From: Lytechinus pictus
Taxonomy: Eukaryota
Direction of reading: 5' to 3'
NCBI RefSeq assembly: GCF_037042905.1
Contig: NC_087252.1
Location: 3,288,001-3,352,000, forward strand
DNA: 64,000 nucleotides
Position 1 is the first letter of the stretch; every line of letters begins with the position of its first letter. The notes beneath the pieces are model-generated. The model did not search any database. It saw nothing but the letters and a program-made list of their open reading frames with translations, and was not told where the DNA came from. Below, in pieces: positions 13,701 to 25,246 of the stretch. The position numbers and the translations under genes were made by a program.

Positions 13701-16700
13701 AGCTAGTTCAAATTTACAGTAATTTACTGTAGGACGAAACTACAGTAGCTTACTGTAAAATAAAAATTACAGTAAATTACCGTGCAGCAGAGTTGCCAGT
13801 AATTTACTGTAAAATCTACAGTAAACTTTTTACAGTGTGGGTAAACCTTTTTTTAAGAGTGTGTTCATATACAATTCACATAGACATGATAGACTACAGC
13901 AAATATCACCATCGTCTGGTCCTTAGAAGACTAATTTACATATTTTCATAGATATCAGATTTAAATTTTCTGTGTCATTAACAATTAAACAACTTCAACG
14001 AATTTAATATTATATTGATATTTCTTGATTAAATTATTGAACAGAAACAAAATCACCTCTATCCGTGTCATGTTGTAAGCACTTGTGAGAAACCGTTACT
14101 GCAACTAGGCCCAGAATCATTGCACCTAATGACCCTCCCAAGATGTATAAAACTATATGAAGCAGAGCACAGTTGTCTAGAGTCAAAACATACAATTACA
14201 TGTTATTTCTTCTGACAATTATGAATATTAAGTCTTCCCTAAATTGCAAGCGAGTCAAGCCAAATATATATGTCTTACCATTTCACCTCTTTGAATAATG
14301 ATATAGTTCAAACGATGTGAAAATACAACCAGAATAGTTTAAGTGTCAATATAGATGTTGACTGTATAGGATATCAGCATTGAAATTCAAATTTAACAAA
14401 ACAGATAACTCTTAAGACACATTGCTTATTAGATAGCATTTACGGGAACATTCATGAAAATCTATGAGCGATTCATAAAATAATTAATATATATTCATCT
14501 TTCTTTAGAATGCCAGAAAGCATCAAAGGTTATTCTGGGAACGTATTCTTATCTTGTATTCATTTGCGAGTACTCTAAACGTGCAATGTCATTAGATAAT
14601 TTCCTCAATCATTATTGATCCGTAAATCAAAATCGGTATCAAAGTAATTAATACATTGCGCATTTTCTTATCAAAATCATTCGAACACCAAACTTATAAT
14701 GTAATAATAACCATTATGAATTAGTTAGGATTATTACAGCTATCGTGTTTAATAATAGTCAACTGTTTTATAATATTAATGTTCGGTCGAAACTGTGAAT
14801 TGAATATTATTGTCTGATCTCATGTCAAATCTCAGCTAAGATCATGTTATAAAGTCATTTATATCAACAGTAGGGAAAAAAGGTACAAAATGTAATCACA
14901 AAATTAAACTATTGAGGCAATAAAAGAATAAATACGGCTAAATGAACATGGGACTGGCACGTGATGCCAACAATGAAATAATGAGCAATGGAATAGTAAT
15001 AATAATAATAATAATAATGACAATAATAGTGATAATACCAATTACAATAACGGATGAATATGAATATGCTTACAATGAAACCTTGAAATAAAATGCCTTG
15101 TGCTTTAAATCTACCGTTTGAAAACTGATATCATATAGTCCGCTCTGATCCGCTGCCAAATACCAAACAAAACGGAAAAAAGTATCGTTATTCAATATAT
15201 GGGACGACAAGTACAATTTCAAACATACAATAATCATGTTCATCTCATAAATGAAAAAAAAAATTACACTGTGGTCTGCAGCCAATGACTGACCTCCATC
15301 TACTCATGCGCAATCTGTGATTACGAAATGGCGCATTTAGTCATATTTTGCAAAGGAAATAAAATACAGACAATATCAACCTTGTAGTTCTTCATCACTT
15401 GACAGACTTGGATTACTTTCCTCAGAAGTTGTCGCAAGATGTTTGGTTTGGGGAGTTGCTCCTACATATTTTGGGAAATAAAACGAGTGCATAATATTAA
15501 CATTCAAACTAGTATCAACTGTCTTAAAATAAAACCCTTGATTACATTCGTCATGTTACGTCATTAATTGTGTCAAGGATCCCTTAATAATCAGGAGGAA
15601 CTTTTTTTTTTCCTCTATTGAAAATCGAATAAAATAGATAATACAAAAAAGTCTAATAAAATCATATCCTGACCTAGGTATTGTTATTCATTATATGGGA
15701 TGACAAGTACAGTTTCACTCAACGTATCAATAATCATGTTAATCTCATAAATAAATATAAAAAAATAATGCGATCTGCAGCCAATGACTGACCTCCATTT
15801 ACTCATGCGCAATCTGTGATTACGAAATGGCACATTCAGTCATATTTGGCAAAGGAAATAAAAGAAAAACAATATTAATCCATTATTTCTCCATCACTAA
15901 TTGTCAGACTTGGATTGCTTTCCTCGGGAGTTGTCGCAAGATGTTTGATTGGGGGAGTTGCTCCTACATATTTTGGGAAATAAAACGAGTGCATAATATT
16001 AACATTCAAACTAGTATCAACTATATTAAAAGAATACACTTGATTGCATTCGTCATGTTACGTCATTACTTGTGCCCAGGATCCCTTAATAATCGGGGGG
16101 GGGGGGACTTTTATTGCTCTATTGAAAATCGAATGACATAAATGATACAAACAATTAAAATAAAAATGATATCCTGACCTAAGATCGGGATGGATTTGTT
16201 ACCATTTGAATTTCATTGACATGATACAAATTTCACTCTACAAAGTGACTTGAGCACATTAATTTCCATATTTATTTACCTTAATAGAAACAATTTAAGA
16301 ATTTGTTATGTTGGAACTTATCATCATGAAACATTTATCTCTAGACAAATATTTCGAGAACGAAGCACGAGCGGATTTTTTTTTTTTAATTTATACCTGA
16401 AAATGAGACGTCCGCCATTACTAGCGCGTATGAACTAAATGCCATAAATGCAAGCGTATATTTTGTATACACTGACCAGAAAAATGAAGTTTTAGCGATT
16501 GTTTGTAAGAATTCATAAAAATACTATTAATACACTCGTAAAACAAATAATACTGGTGCAATAGGTGTTAATTCCTTTATCAATCCCTGTCGATTGTGTA
16601 CAAGGTAATATAAAAAGGAGAAACACTGGGAATGGTTCGAGGAAAAAAAGACAGGAAACAAGAGAAAGAAAAAAAAAAGAAGATATTTTCATACTAGCAA

Positions 16701-19700
16701 AAGGGACAAATAGAACAAATTTGCATCTCTTCTTTGAAATAGTATATAGAAATGAAATCACTTTAAATACGTGTGGCTTTCATGTGATGAAGGAAAAATA
16801 ACTGGGAGAAACCAAATCAACAAAATATTCACTTGTGGCAAATGGCATTACCAAAATATAGCAGTAGACTTTCGATATTTGTGTCAAAATAAAGTGGAAA
16901 AAAATAATGCTGTTAATCTTCATTGAATTCCACAGTGATTATGTAGAATGAAATAAATACACGTTTTCTCTTTAATACAGTGTACAATCTAATTTTCATG
17001 CCAAGGCTGAAAACAAATTTTCACACTTTGCTTTGAAAAAAGGGTCATCAAATTAAACTTATTAACATATTACCTTCATTTCTTATGATGACTGATGTTG
17101 TTATGTTACGATACGATGTGTTCGCCACCCTACACACTACCCCAAGCTCATCAGTACCGTTGTATACTGGTGTGAAGACGATAGTTCGTGTAGGCACTGT
17201 TAGTCGTCCATCATGGGGAACATTTTCATTCTCTTGTAAATCATCATATATGATTATTTCTTCTGAAACATGAAATTCCAAATTCACTGGTGGTTTCACC
17301 GATCCATTAGTTTTGCAGACTAGTGTCCTATTTTCCCCTTCTGCAACCGTAAGCGTTTCTTGCTTATGTAGAGTGACATTGTCATTTCCGTCTACAAAAA
17401 CCAACCCGGCCGGCGGAACTGAAATCATTGAAATAAAATATGTCGCTGTTGATTTTATTTCAATAGTTTGCTAATATGAAAAGTATACCGATTAAAAGAA
17501 TAAGGTGTTTATCGTTATATGATCAGGACATGACACGTGAGGTCTGTTTTATTGTGTTAACTTTGCCAATAGAGTAATTGCCATAGACATCTTCATCATG
17601 ATTTGCTGTTGAGCTCTTATATCAGGATAGAAAAATAACACGGGTGAAGTGTCCGAACACCTCACCCCATCCTATAATATAGCCTTATGTATATGTTTTG
17701 ATTACTGAAGTTTTAATTTATTTGACCTAGGCCTGAATGAGAAATGTTCAGTAATTTTATCACTTATATCAGTGATAATTATCCATGTGCTCACAAGTCA
17801 AGAAACATTGCAAAAGGTTAATGGCAGCCATATTTACATTCAGTGTGGCAGCAACAAGTGAATGATCGTATGACAGCAATGATTTGACTGAGGTTTAATT
17901 TACAAACATAATTATGGCCACTATTTCAACTGAATTTCATAGCTCACGATCGAGATCAAGGACAAAACTTATTTCAAGATGGCGGTAATATTGAAATTCA
18001 AGATGGCAGCAAAGCTTTTAACGAGTTGTAAGAAAATTTGTGATTGAATTTCCATATTTTAAGGATTTTCATTGGTGACAAGTCATAATAGTGGACAAAA
18101 CCTATTTCTAGATGGCGGCCATATTGAATTTAAAGATAGTTGCCACTGTGAAATTCAAGACGGCTGCCAAGCTTATAATGAGCTGGAAAAAAAATGTGAT
18201 CTATTACTTTTCTGGTTCTACAAACATCGGCATTTTAACCATTTATCAGGATTTTAATGGCTTAAAAGATAAAGATAAATGACGAAGAATATTTGAAGAT
18301 GGCGGCCATGTTGAAATTCAAGATGGCGGCCTAATCTGACGAATTGAAATAAAATTAATGATTCAAATGATATCATTAGTATTTCAAACATGGGAATTGT
18401 CACCATTTTCAATCGTTTTTTTTATAGCTCACAAGTCAAGATATAAGACAAAATGCATTTCTAAACGGCGGCCATTTCGAATTTCAAAATGGCGGCTGAA
18501 GACCTGCTCGAAAAAAAAATGGTAATCCAATTTATTTTTAAATCGGCACCCCCAAATCGACAACATTAGCTAATAAAATCCATTTTGGCAAGCAAATCTT
18601 GCTGGAAAGCATAGTCTATACTATGTGTACATCTATACTATGTGTATATTTTCATGTAAAAATTATTATTTCGGAAAATGTTACTTCTTCTTTGATAAAG
18701 AGTATAATGTTTACCATTTACTGTCAGGTTGATGGTGCACCGATGGAAGAGTTTCCTAGACTGCATGTTAACAGTATATATCCCCTCGTTAGTAAGTGAA
18801 ACATTGTTCCTTTTCAAACTGCTGACCACCCCATGATTAAATTCAAATGTGTGCACCGTCGTATTTATTTGACTGTCCTGCGAAGTCCATTTGAATAACA
18901 CTAAGTCACCTCTCTCCCAAGAAATTAGTATCACTTGTGATGCGGTTACGTTGGTCCATATGCACTTGAGTTGTACATTATCCCCAGTGTTTACTTGCCT
19001 GATTTTATCTAGAAAGCAAAAATTATTAAAAAAGAGATAAAAAATAATGTATGTGTGTCCCATTACTTTTAATTTCTACTAATTGTGAGCTTTATCAAAC
19101 AGTTGTCCCAAGGCCATGACAGCAAAAAAATATGTATGTATTATGTTTTAAATATCATGGTAATGACACGGGAGAGGGCCAAGCGTAAAGAATTAGATGG
19201 TTTTAAGCATTTACGTTCACACAAATACGACGCAAGAAAAATATTTATCTGTCAATTAAACTTTCCCTGTTTAGGGCATGTGTAGAAACTATCCTTCTGT
19301 ATGGTGCACAAACATGGACAATCCAGAAGTCCTTAAAATACGGACTAAATGGCACATATACTCAACTTTTAATGAGAGTACAAATCATTAGTTGGAGAGA
19401 TCACAACGCAAAAGATGAAAATTATGGAGATCTTCCGCCTATCTCCACCACGATAATTAAACGTAATATGATATTTGCTGTTCACTGTGTCCGTAGTGAG
19501 AATGAAATTATTTCTCATGTAATTTCGTTGCACTTCCCTCACAAAACGAGAGGACGGAGATTTTAAATTTGTTGATTATATACGTAGGGATACAAGTAGC
19601 TTGTTACATTAAATAACCAACTCTCATGTCAGATCAAGAAGCCTGGCGTATTGTTGATTAATTTTCGGATGCGTCCGATTTGTAGTGTAGTAGTGTAATG

Positions 19701-19877
19701 AAAGTAATGAAACCTGTAGTAATAGCAGTTGACTATCATGACGAGGGTTCATAATTACAATTGAAATGATATGGGAAATAGAAAAATTAGTTATTAAAAC
19801 GATTTAGGTATAAGTATCTTACCGTTAGAAGAAAACACCGATCCAATGGTGATAAGTATAATAAACAAATGCCACAT
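4453..19877 (-). CDS. Paralog A: Ig-superfamily type I membrane receptor (signal peptide, Ig-V-like, Ig-C2-like, TM, Tyr-motif tail); possibly a degenerating copy
   Basis: GT-AG exons with compatible phases: 19823-19877 (MWHLFIILITIGSVFSSN), 18715-19008 (Ig1), 17074-17418 (Ig2), [broken stalk exons 15875-15963 and 15381-15460], 14057-14176 (TM IVLYILGGSLGAMILGLVAVTV), 13910-13921 (12 nt), 5655-5746 (PLYVNSI), 4453-4752 (EYMEM). Every exon is conserved in paralog B. Confidence 0.8.
5081..5500. mobile_element. ~420-bp unclassified interspersed repeat in an intron of paralog A
   Basis: Absent from the equivalent site in copy B (~33655). A related copy lies in the opposite orientation at ~34226-34625. 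Contains the inverted repeat ATCCATTCAAC...GTTGAATGGAT. Confidence 0.6.
5655..5746 (-). CDS. Paralog A cytoplasmic exon (AGDEDMADGVPVTAMHQKNSNHEPLYVNSIM)
   Basis: ttttgtag|CAG acceptor, ATG|gtaaat donor, 92 nt, phase 1 to 0. Paralog at 33813-33904. Confidence 0.75.
8199..10359 (+). CDS. Spliced C-terminal part of an EnSpm-associated accessory ORF (SAMD3 C-terminal-like), within CACTG copy 1
   Basis: Phase-compatible GT-AG exons 8199-8323, 8756-8825, 9289-9469 and 10248-10359. They encode ...GVAYLFATYYNLNLEYPSTAAATLEFIQRCLLGISP...FADFQWL*, which resembles the LFAxYYxLNLxYP...TLEFIQR motif of SAMD3-like proteins. Family assignment is from memory, not a search. Confidence 0.65.
10780..11469 (+). 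mobile_element. Helentron-associated (HINE/DINE-1-like) non-autonomous element nested in CACTG copy 1
   Basis: Subterminal inverted repeats ATGCCTCCGC / GCGGAGGCAT, 5' hairpin CCACCAAAGGTGG, GTCC-type microsatellite, three ~150-bp internal repeats (10860, 11008, 11160), and a 3' stem-loop followed by TTTAGTT. Confidence 0.6.
13910..13921 (-). CDS. Paralog A 12-nt microexon (GPDD)
   Basis: ttctaag|GACCAGACGATG|gtgata, phase 1-1. Conserved in B (35166-35177, GPED). Confidence 0.5.
14057..14176 (-). CDS. Paralog A transmembrane exon
   Basis: ctctag|AC...AGAG|gtgatt, 120 nt, DNCALLHIVLYILGGSLGAMILGLVAVTVSHKCLQHDTDR. Confidence 0.8.
15182..16161. repeat. ~495-bp tandem duplication containing the stalk exon of paralog A
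   Basis: Two diverged units (~15182-15676 and ~15677-16161), each ending ATATCCTGACCTA. Copy B has a single unit (~36195-36718). Confidence 0.8.
17074..17418 (-). CDS. Paralog A Ig domain 2 exon (C2/CD80-like)
   Basis: 345 nt, phase 1-1; LTVAEGENRTLVC...KPPVNLEF...VVCRVAN, with the canonical Cys pair and several N-glycosylation sequons. Confidence 0.85.
17780..18610. repeat. Degenerate repeat rich in CAAGATGGCGGC motifs (transposon remnant) in intron 2 of paralog A
   Basis: Repeated (TT)CAAGATGGC(G)GC motifs between ~17975 and 18495. Not present in intron 2 of B. Ends not defined. Confidence 0.45.
18715..19008 (-). CDS. Paralog A Ig domain 1 exon (V-like)
   Basis: 294 nt, phase 1-1; GDNVQLKC...ISW...NVSLTNEGIYT...CTINLTVN. 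Confidence 0.85.
19823..19877 (-). CDS. Paralog A first coding exon (signal peptide)
   Basis: ATG at 19877, hydrophobic MWHLFIILITIGSVFSSN, donor G|gtaaga. Equivalent 55-nt exon in B. Confidence 0.8.
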
Positions 19878-20090
19878 TATTAGAACTAGAATTCATACAT
19901 TATGAGAAGATGAAGACGAAGTTATGAAGCAGGTATGTGTCACTGCCCAAAGGTTATCTCTTTAACCACAACGAAGCAGATGAATGAGCATTTAAGGTGG
20001 CGCTATTAACCCTTCCGGTGCGGCAGGCCCATGTATGGCCTGTTACAACCGATAATAGCCACCTTTCGCAAACCTCACGGACGGTAATAT

Positions 20091-20225
20091 TAGGGTCCCC
20101 TAACACAAAAGTTAACGCTTAATCACAAACTTGATTTTTTAAGATTGATTGTACATTATAGTAAATAGAATCAAACGTAGAAAACTGCTCTACAATCATT
20201 GCTAAGCTTTGTGTTACAGGCCCTA
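20091..20225. mobile_element. ~135-bp MITE; second (window-truncated) copy at 63921-64000
   Basis: Imperfect TIR TAGGGTCCCCTAACACAAAAG / CTTTGTGTTACAGGCCCTA. The same start sequence recurs at 63921. Confidence 0.5.
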
Positions 20226-20751
20226 CAGATCTGCTTTTCGTGTGCAAAATTCTTTCCCGCGACACCCGCACCATACATGCATGTACATTAGACTGATGGT
20301 CATCATCGTATATTCTCCCTGAGCCGGCGGCGAGCCTCTTCTATGACAGCTGGCTGGAGGTATTCGAAATGCAGGGCCTACAATAGATTATGACATGGAT
20401 AAGAAAGTGGTTTTTTAAACAAATCGAGTACATATTGAGTGAGGAAAAGGTTAATAAAATAAGGCTTAGATATAGATCATTACAGTCCATCGAATCGATA
20501 TTGCCTTTAATGTGGATTATTGGTAGATCACTGGCAATCGATTCCATGGGTCAGATCACCTCTCCAGCCAAAACCATTTCGCATGCGTTGATTATGTACA
20601 CCGACAGCATGTATACGTCTGAACGCGTACCAGCCGAGTTTGCGGGGTTTTTTTCAGTTGTTTACTCCTACACAAACGACATGCCTCTAGCACACAATGT
20701 AATGGGCATTATGTTTTACTTTCCCCAGATATTGGGGATTAGATTCAAATT

Positions 20752-21060
20752 CCCGGGGGGACCACTTCCATTGATGAGTGGATACCAGGCACGACTATGC
20801 GGTTTCGAAAAGCGCCCTAGACAAGAGAAGCAAAGCTTTTCCAGATTATGAAAATGCATCTCTTAACAAGTATTTGGCTTGTGAAACCCTACAAGTATTG
20901 GAAATATATCACTTTCTTCAATATTTTAAACATCATTTTTGGCACCCTTATAACGTTACAAAGGCCTATACGTAACGTACTTGCCAACTCTGTCCCCTTT
21001 TACGCGTGGTCGCGCCTGGTATCCACTCGTCAATGGAAGTGCCCCCCCCCCCCCCCCGGG
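20752..21060. mobile_element. ~310-bp MITE with CCCGGG termini
   Basis: ~45-bp TIR CCCGGGGGG.CCACTTCCATTGA.GAGTGGATACCAGGC vs its reverse complement at 21005-21060. No TSD recognisable. Confidence 0.65.
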
Positions 21061-24000
21061 CGGCCTCTCGAGCTCTTGGAGGAACCAAATGTGGCTCTGG
21101 AAAGTCGTTCTAAATCGGATATGTCGCTGTTACCATAGTAACAACCAGAATTTTGCACACGTAATGCATATTGAATGTTTCCATTGCAGATGCGAAACGA
21201 AAAAAATCTCATGTCACACAATTTGCATTGCAGGACAGAGTTTTACGACCATGACGACGACGGGCCCAAAGGTCTCTTCCAAAATCAACTACCGTCGTAA
21301 ATAAGCGTTCGCGTTCTCCAACGAAAGGTCGGGAATGTCGCAGCGACGCATAATGTCGCAATTGCGACATTATGCGTTGACTGTGACATTATGCGTTGGA
21401 TGATTTTGGCATAATGTCACAATCAACGCAAAATGTCGTAGCTTAAACTACTAACGCATAACGTCGCAATTCTTAACGCATAATGTCGCAGCGGTATTTT
21501 CTTCAGGAATCGAGTTGCAGATAAGATATATAAAAAAAGATATATGAAAAAAAATAACCGGGCATTACAATATTTTACAAGCATTGACAATCTGTTTCGT
21601 TTCTCTTCTAAATAACGAGAGCCCCTGAGCAGTGGCGGCACCAGGATTTAAAAACTGGTGAATGGCAAAGAAGGAGGGATAGAGGGGGACTACATTTATT
21701 TTGCATGTTTCACAAAATGGAGTGTGAAGCGCGACTAAGGCGTTTGATCCAACACTGTAAAAAGTTTACTGTAGATTTTACAGTAAATTACTGGCAACTC
21801 TGCTGCACGGTAATTTACTGTAATTTTTATTTTACAGTAAGCTACTGTAGTTTCGTCCTACAGTAAATTACTGTAAATTTGAACTAGCTACAGGAAAATA
21901 CCGTGAAAAGTGCTGTAGCTTACTGTAAAATTTACCAAATTTTAGAATTGTTGCTACTGTAAATTTGGTTAAATTACAGTAAACTACTGTAAATTTCCCT
22001 TGCATTACAGTGAGGTACTGTACACTTCCTACAGTAAAATGCTGTACACCTTCCCAATTTACCCCCAGTACTGTACACTCCCTACAGTAATTTACTGTAA
22101 ATTGACCCCATTTACAGTATGTTTTACTGTAATTGGCACAACTTCCAATGACAAAAATACACTTGAGTAAAACTTTTGAATGAAACTTTGAAAAGTCTTT
22201 ATTGCATTAACATGCAGTAGAACTGACAATGCCATATTTCACAAACAGTACAATTTTTGTAAGGATCATGGGCAAAATGCTGGCAAGTAGAATGTGTTGC
22301 ATAATCAAATTTCAAAGATGACAATTATACAGAAACTATGTACACAGAAATGTCCTAAGAATGCTGATGTTCATTACAGACCTGTTCACTAATGTAGTCA
22401 AATTTCATGAATACTTTGTTCCTCTGGATTTGGTAATAGGTAATTACCATGTACTGAATGGTATTACAATAAGTGGCATCCTTTTTGCATGCATAAACTC
22501 TTTATGTATTTGTTGGACCTGTCAGAGCAAGCAACAAAGGTTGTAAGAACAACCATAAAATTTGGTTGGTGTTACTTTATCTGCTGTTTGCAATTCAGTT
22601 GACTTAAACATTTTGTAAATAAATCTATTCAACAAGTAAAATTCACCTTGCATGCATTAAAGTAGTTGTAATTGCTAACCTTACACAAACTTTCAGGCCA
22701 CTGTATATTAAATGAGAGTACATTAATGAACAGGTGTGTTTTAAAGCAATCCATTTACATGAAGGGTACCATAATCATTCAAATATTCAGTCATAACCCA
22801 TTAGAATCAATTACAAGTGAAAGCAATTTTTCACTTATGCAACTACTGCCTGAAATAATGGCAAACTTTCAATTTCTTTAAGAAAACAAATCTGACTAAA
22901 GTGAACTTCCTTCTAGGAGGGCTTGTCTCAGCTGACCTTGGATGAACACTGGATGAACATACACACGCACACACGCACACACACACACACGCACACACAC
23001 AGACTCTCTATCTCTTACATCCACATATCCGTAGTAACACGCAAAATGCTTACTCCATGGTAACCTGACGACAATGCTTCTACCAGAAGAAAACTGAATT
23101 TTTAAGTGAAACTTCTCACTTATGAGTAATTTTACATGTATACTATTAATTGATAAAAAATTAAGTGTATGTCAACTTCTTATATATACATATTCCCAAA
23201 AATCTTATTAAGACAGAAAACCTTATTCAATCCTATATCAAAATAATGAATAGTCCTAAACACACACTGAACCAATAATTTATATTACAAGCATACAAAT
23301 ACATTAACTGCCATGAATACATTAAATTGTGACAATAATATTACATTGCATACAATATTCCTCACAAATAAAGTTTCTTATAACAGTACTATCAATTTGA
23401 TATTGAAACTGGCAAGAAAGAACCCGAATGAGAGTATTGCTACCATTGCAAATACTTAATATTTACATGAATATTTGACGAACAAACATGTACAAATATG
23501 ACCTCCAATTTTGCCAAAGTAATGTTTGTACTGTGACACTTGAACAGCTGCGAAAGTGAAAGTATGAAAATGTTATAATTCTGTGAACAACAAAATACAA
23601 TGTAGTAAATCCTCAGTAATCATAATGAAGAAAAATGTCAATCTGTGAGAAGTATCTACAATTTTCAAATTTTTCTGTACTACATCATGCAAATCTGCTA
23701 TTTTGAGAAACTCTTGAAATGTAATCAAAATGTCACATGCTTTTTCATTTGAGGAATTTCTGATACATTTAATATCCTTTTCTGACTATAAGAAAACAAA
23801 AAATTGCTACATCACCTTAAGATTTCCTGAATTTCTTGATATAATTTGGTCCTCTTTACAAAAATGGCTAACAGTCAGCCATGCATGATATGCAATAATG
23901 GAGATCACTGTGTCATTCATGTAATAATAATATAATAATAATCTCACTCCACCTTGGTAGGCTGTGTTAAAGCCACATACATTACAGAAGTTTACATCGT

Positions 24001-24136
24001 TCTCAGTAAACAGCTTATTGCAATATTTGTCAACATCTTGATGACCAAGCGCTTACTACGCAGTATATATATATACATATATATATAATGTAGCACAATG
24101 TTGAAATCGAAATTGATTTACAGCAATGTTAATCCT

Positions 24137-24826
24137 AACTAAAGATGAATTTTCGACCACGAATGTTGGAAATAGATGCCTCCGCTACTGCCATACCAGA
24201 AATATATTTCCTAGTTTTTATTTCCATAAAGAAAAAAAAAACCCTCAAGACCTTTGATCTTGTGACTTCAAAATCTAGTCAGATAACTGTTTCTCAAAAA
24301 AGCAAATATATGCATTTGATTGAATCCAGAGAGCTTGAGATTTGACTTTCAGACCCAAAATCTTAATAGATCATTGTCACTTGTATATGCACAAATGAGC
24401 GAAGTTTGAAGTTGATTCGTCAAATGGTTTGGAGTTATTGCGAGAACGGTATATGTTATATGTACTTTATTGTATTCAATGACCTTGACTTTTGACCTTG
24501 AGACCCCAAAATCTGAACAGATCATTGTTACTTTAACATATACACACGAGACAAGTTTGAAGTTGATCTATCAAAGGGTTTTGGAGTTATTGTAAGAATG
24601 GTCTATTTCTTATGTATTTTAGTGAATTCTATGACCTTTGACCTTTGGACCCAAACACTTATCAGCTCATTGTCGCCCAGATATGTATCCTCAAGTCAAA
24701 AAGTATGAAGTTGACCTGTTGACCGGTTTTTAAGTTATCGCGAGAACGAAAGTGGGACAGACGGACCGACGGACAACACAAAAACATAATGCCTCCGACA
24801 CCACCTTTGGTGGGCGGAGGCATACA
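24137..24826 (-). mobile_element. HINE/DINE-1-like element nested in CACTG copy 2
   Basis: Reverse complement of 10780-11469. Confidence 0.6.
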
Positions 24827-25246
24827 AACAGTGTGTAGTGCCATATATCTATGTTTTTGTATGGTTCAAATTCGGTTGTAAGGAGATATTCTTAACTTTA
24901 TTTTTCCAAGTATGAAACCCCTTTACATTTACAATTTCTATATGAATTTTACCCCTCCCCCACTCTTACTTGACCTGGATTTGAGAAACGGCTAAAATAA
25001 AGTTGTGGGCAATGTCAACTTAATAGCATATTCAAATGAATGTTCTCTCATAACTAGCATGTCGACAATCTATTTCAGCAAGTTTCTCATGTTATGCAAT
25101 ATTGGGCATAAACTCTGTAGTTGCTTGGTCAGACAAAGCTCAACCAATTATTCAAGAGGATGGTGACCAAGCGAACATAGTATTATTGGGTGATATATAA
25201 AATCACATGTTTTTAGATGATGGGGTAAAATGTACAAATCAGGAAA

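Larger units (their letters stand above)
6636..13837 (+). mobile_element. 7.2-kb non-autonomous EnSpm/CACTA (CACTG) DNA transposon, copy 1
   Basis: TIR CACTGTAAAAA...TTTTTACAGTG, 2-bp TSD TG, and many subterminal TTACAGTA/TACTGTAA motifs at both ends. No transposase ORF. Near-identical inverted copy at 21753-31015. Confidence 0.9.
6472..13861. mobile_element. ~186-bp CACTC-type MITE split by the nested 7.2-kb CACTG element
   Basis: Termini CACTCT...AGAGTG with TSD TG (6470-6471 / 13862-13863). Copy B shows the empty site CACCATG|TTCATATAC (~35113). Confidence 0.8.
1313..20009. repeat. Segmental duplication copy A (paralogous to ~31558-40767, same orientation)
   Basis: Homology starts at ATGGTACTGGAATGCATGTTAA (~1315) vs ATGGTATTGGAATGCATGTTAA (~31558) and ends at GGTGGCGCTATTAA (~20009 vs ~40767). 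Introns and exons are collinear apart from copy-specific insertions. Confidence 0.9.

Noticed and set aside
14279..14390. Extra exon ending at a strong conserved donor (GAAATG|gtaaga; also ~35541 in B)
   Set aside because: No acceptor found that gives a stop-free phase 1-1 exon; left out of the models, though RNA-seq could show otherwise.
15115..15330. Exon-like segments (ORF 15070-15285; 21-nt cacag|...|gtcagt block)
   Set aside because: The paralogous B sequence has stops and indels, and the 21-nt block has a stop in the required phase.
20390..21304. Plus-strand ORFs of 96-153 aa upstream of paralog A
   Set aside because: They run across MITE boundaries and show no domain motifs or splice support.
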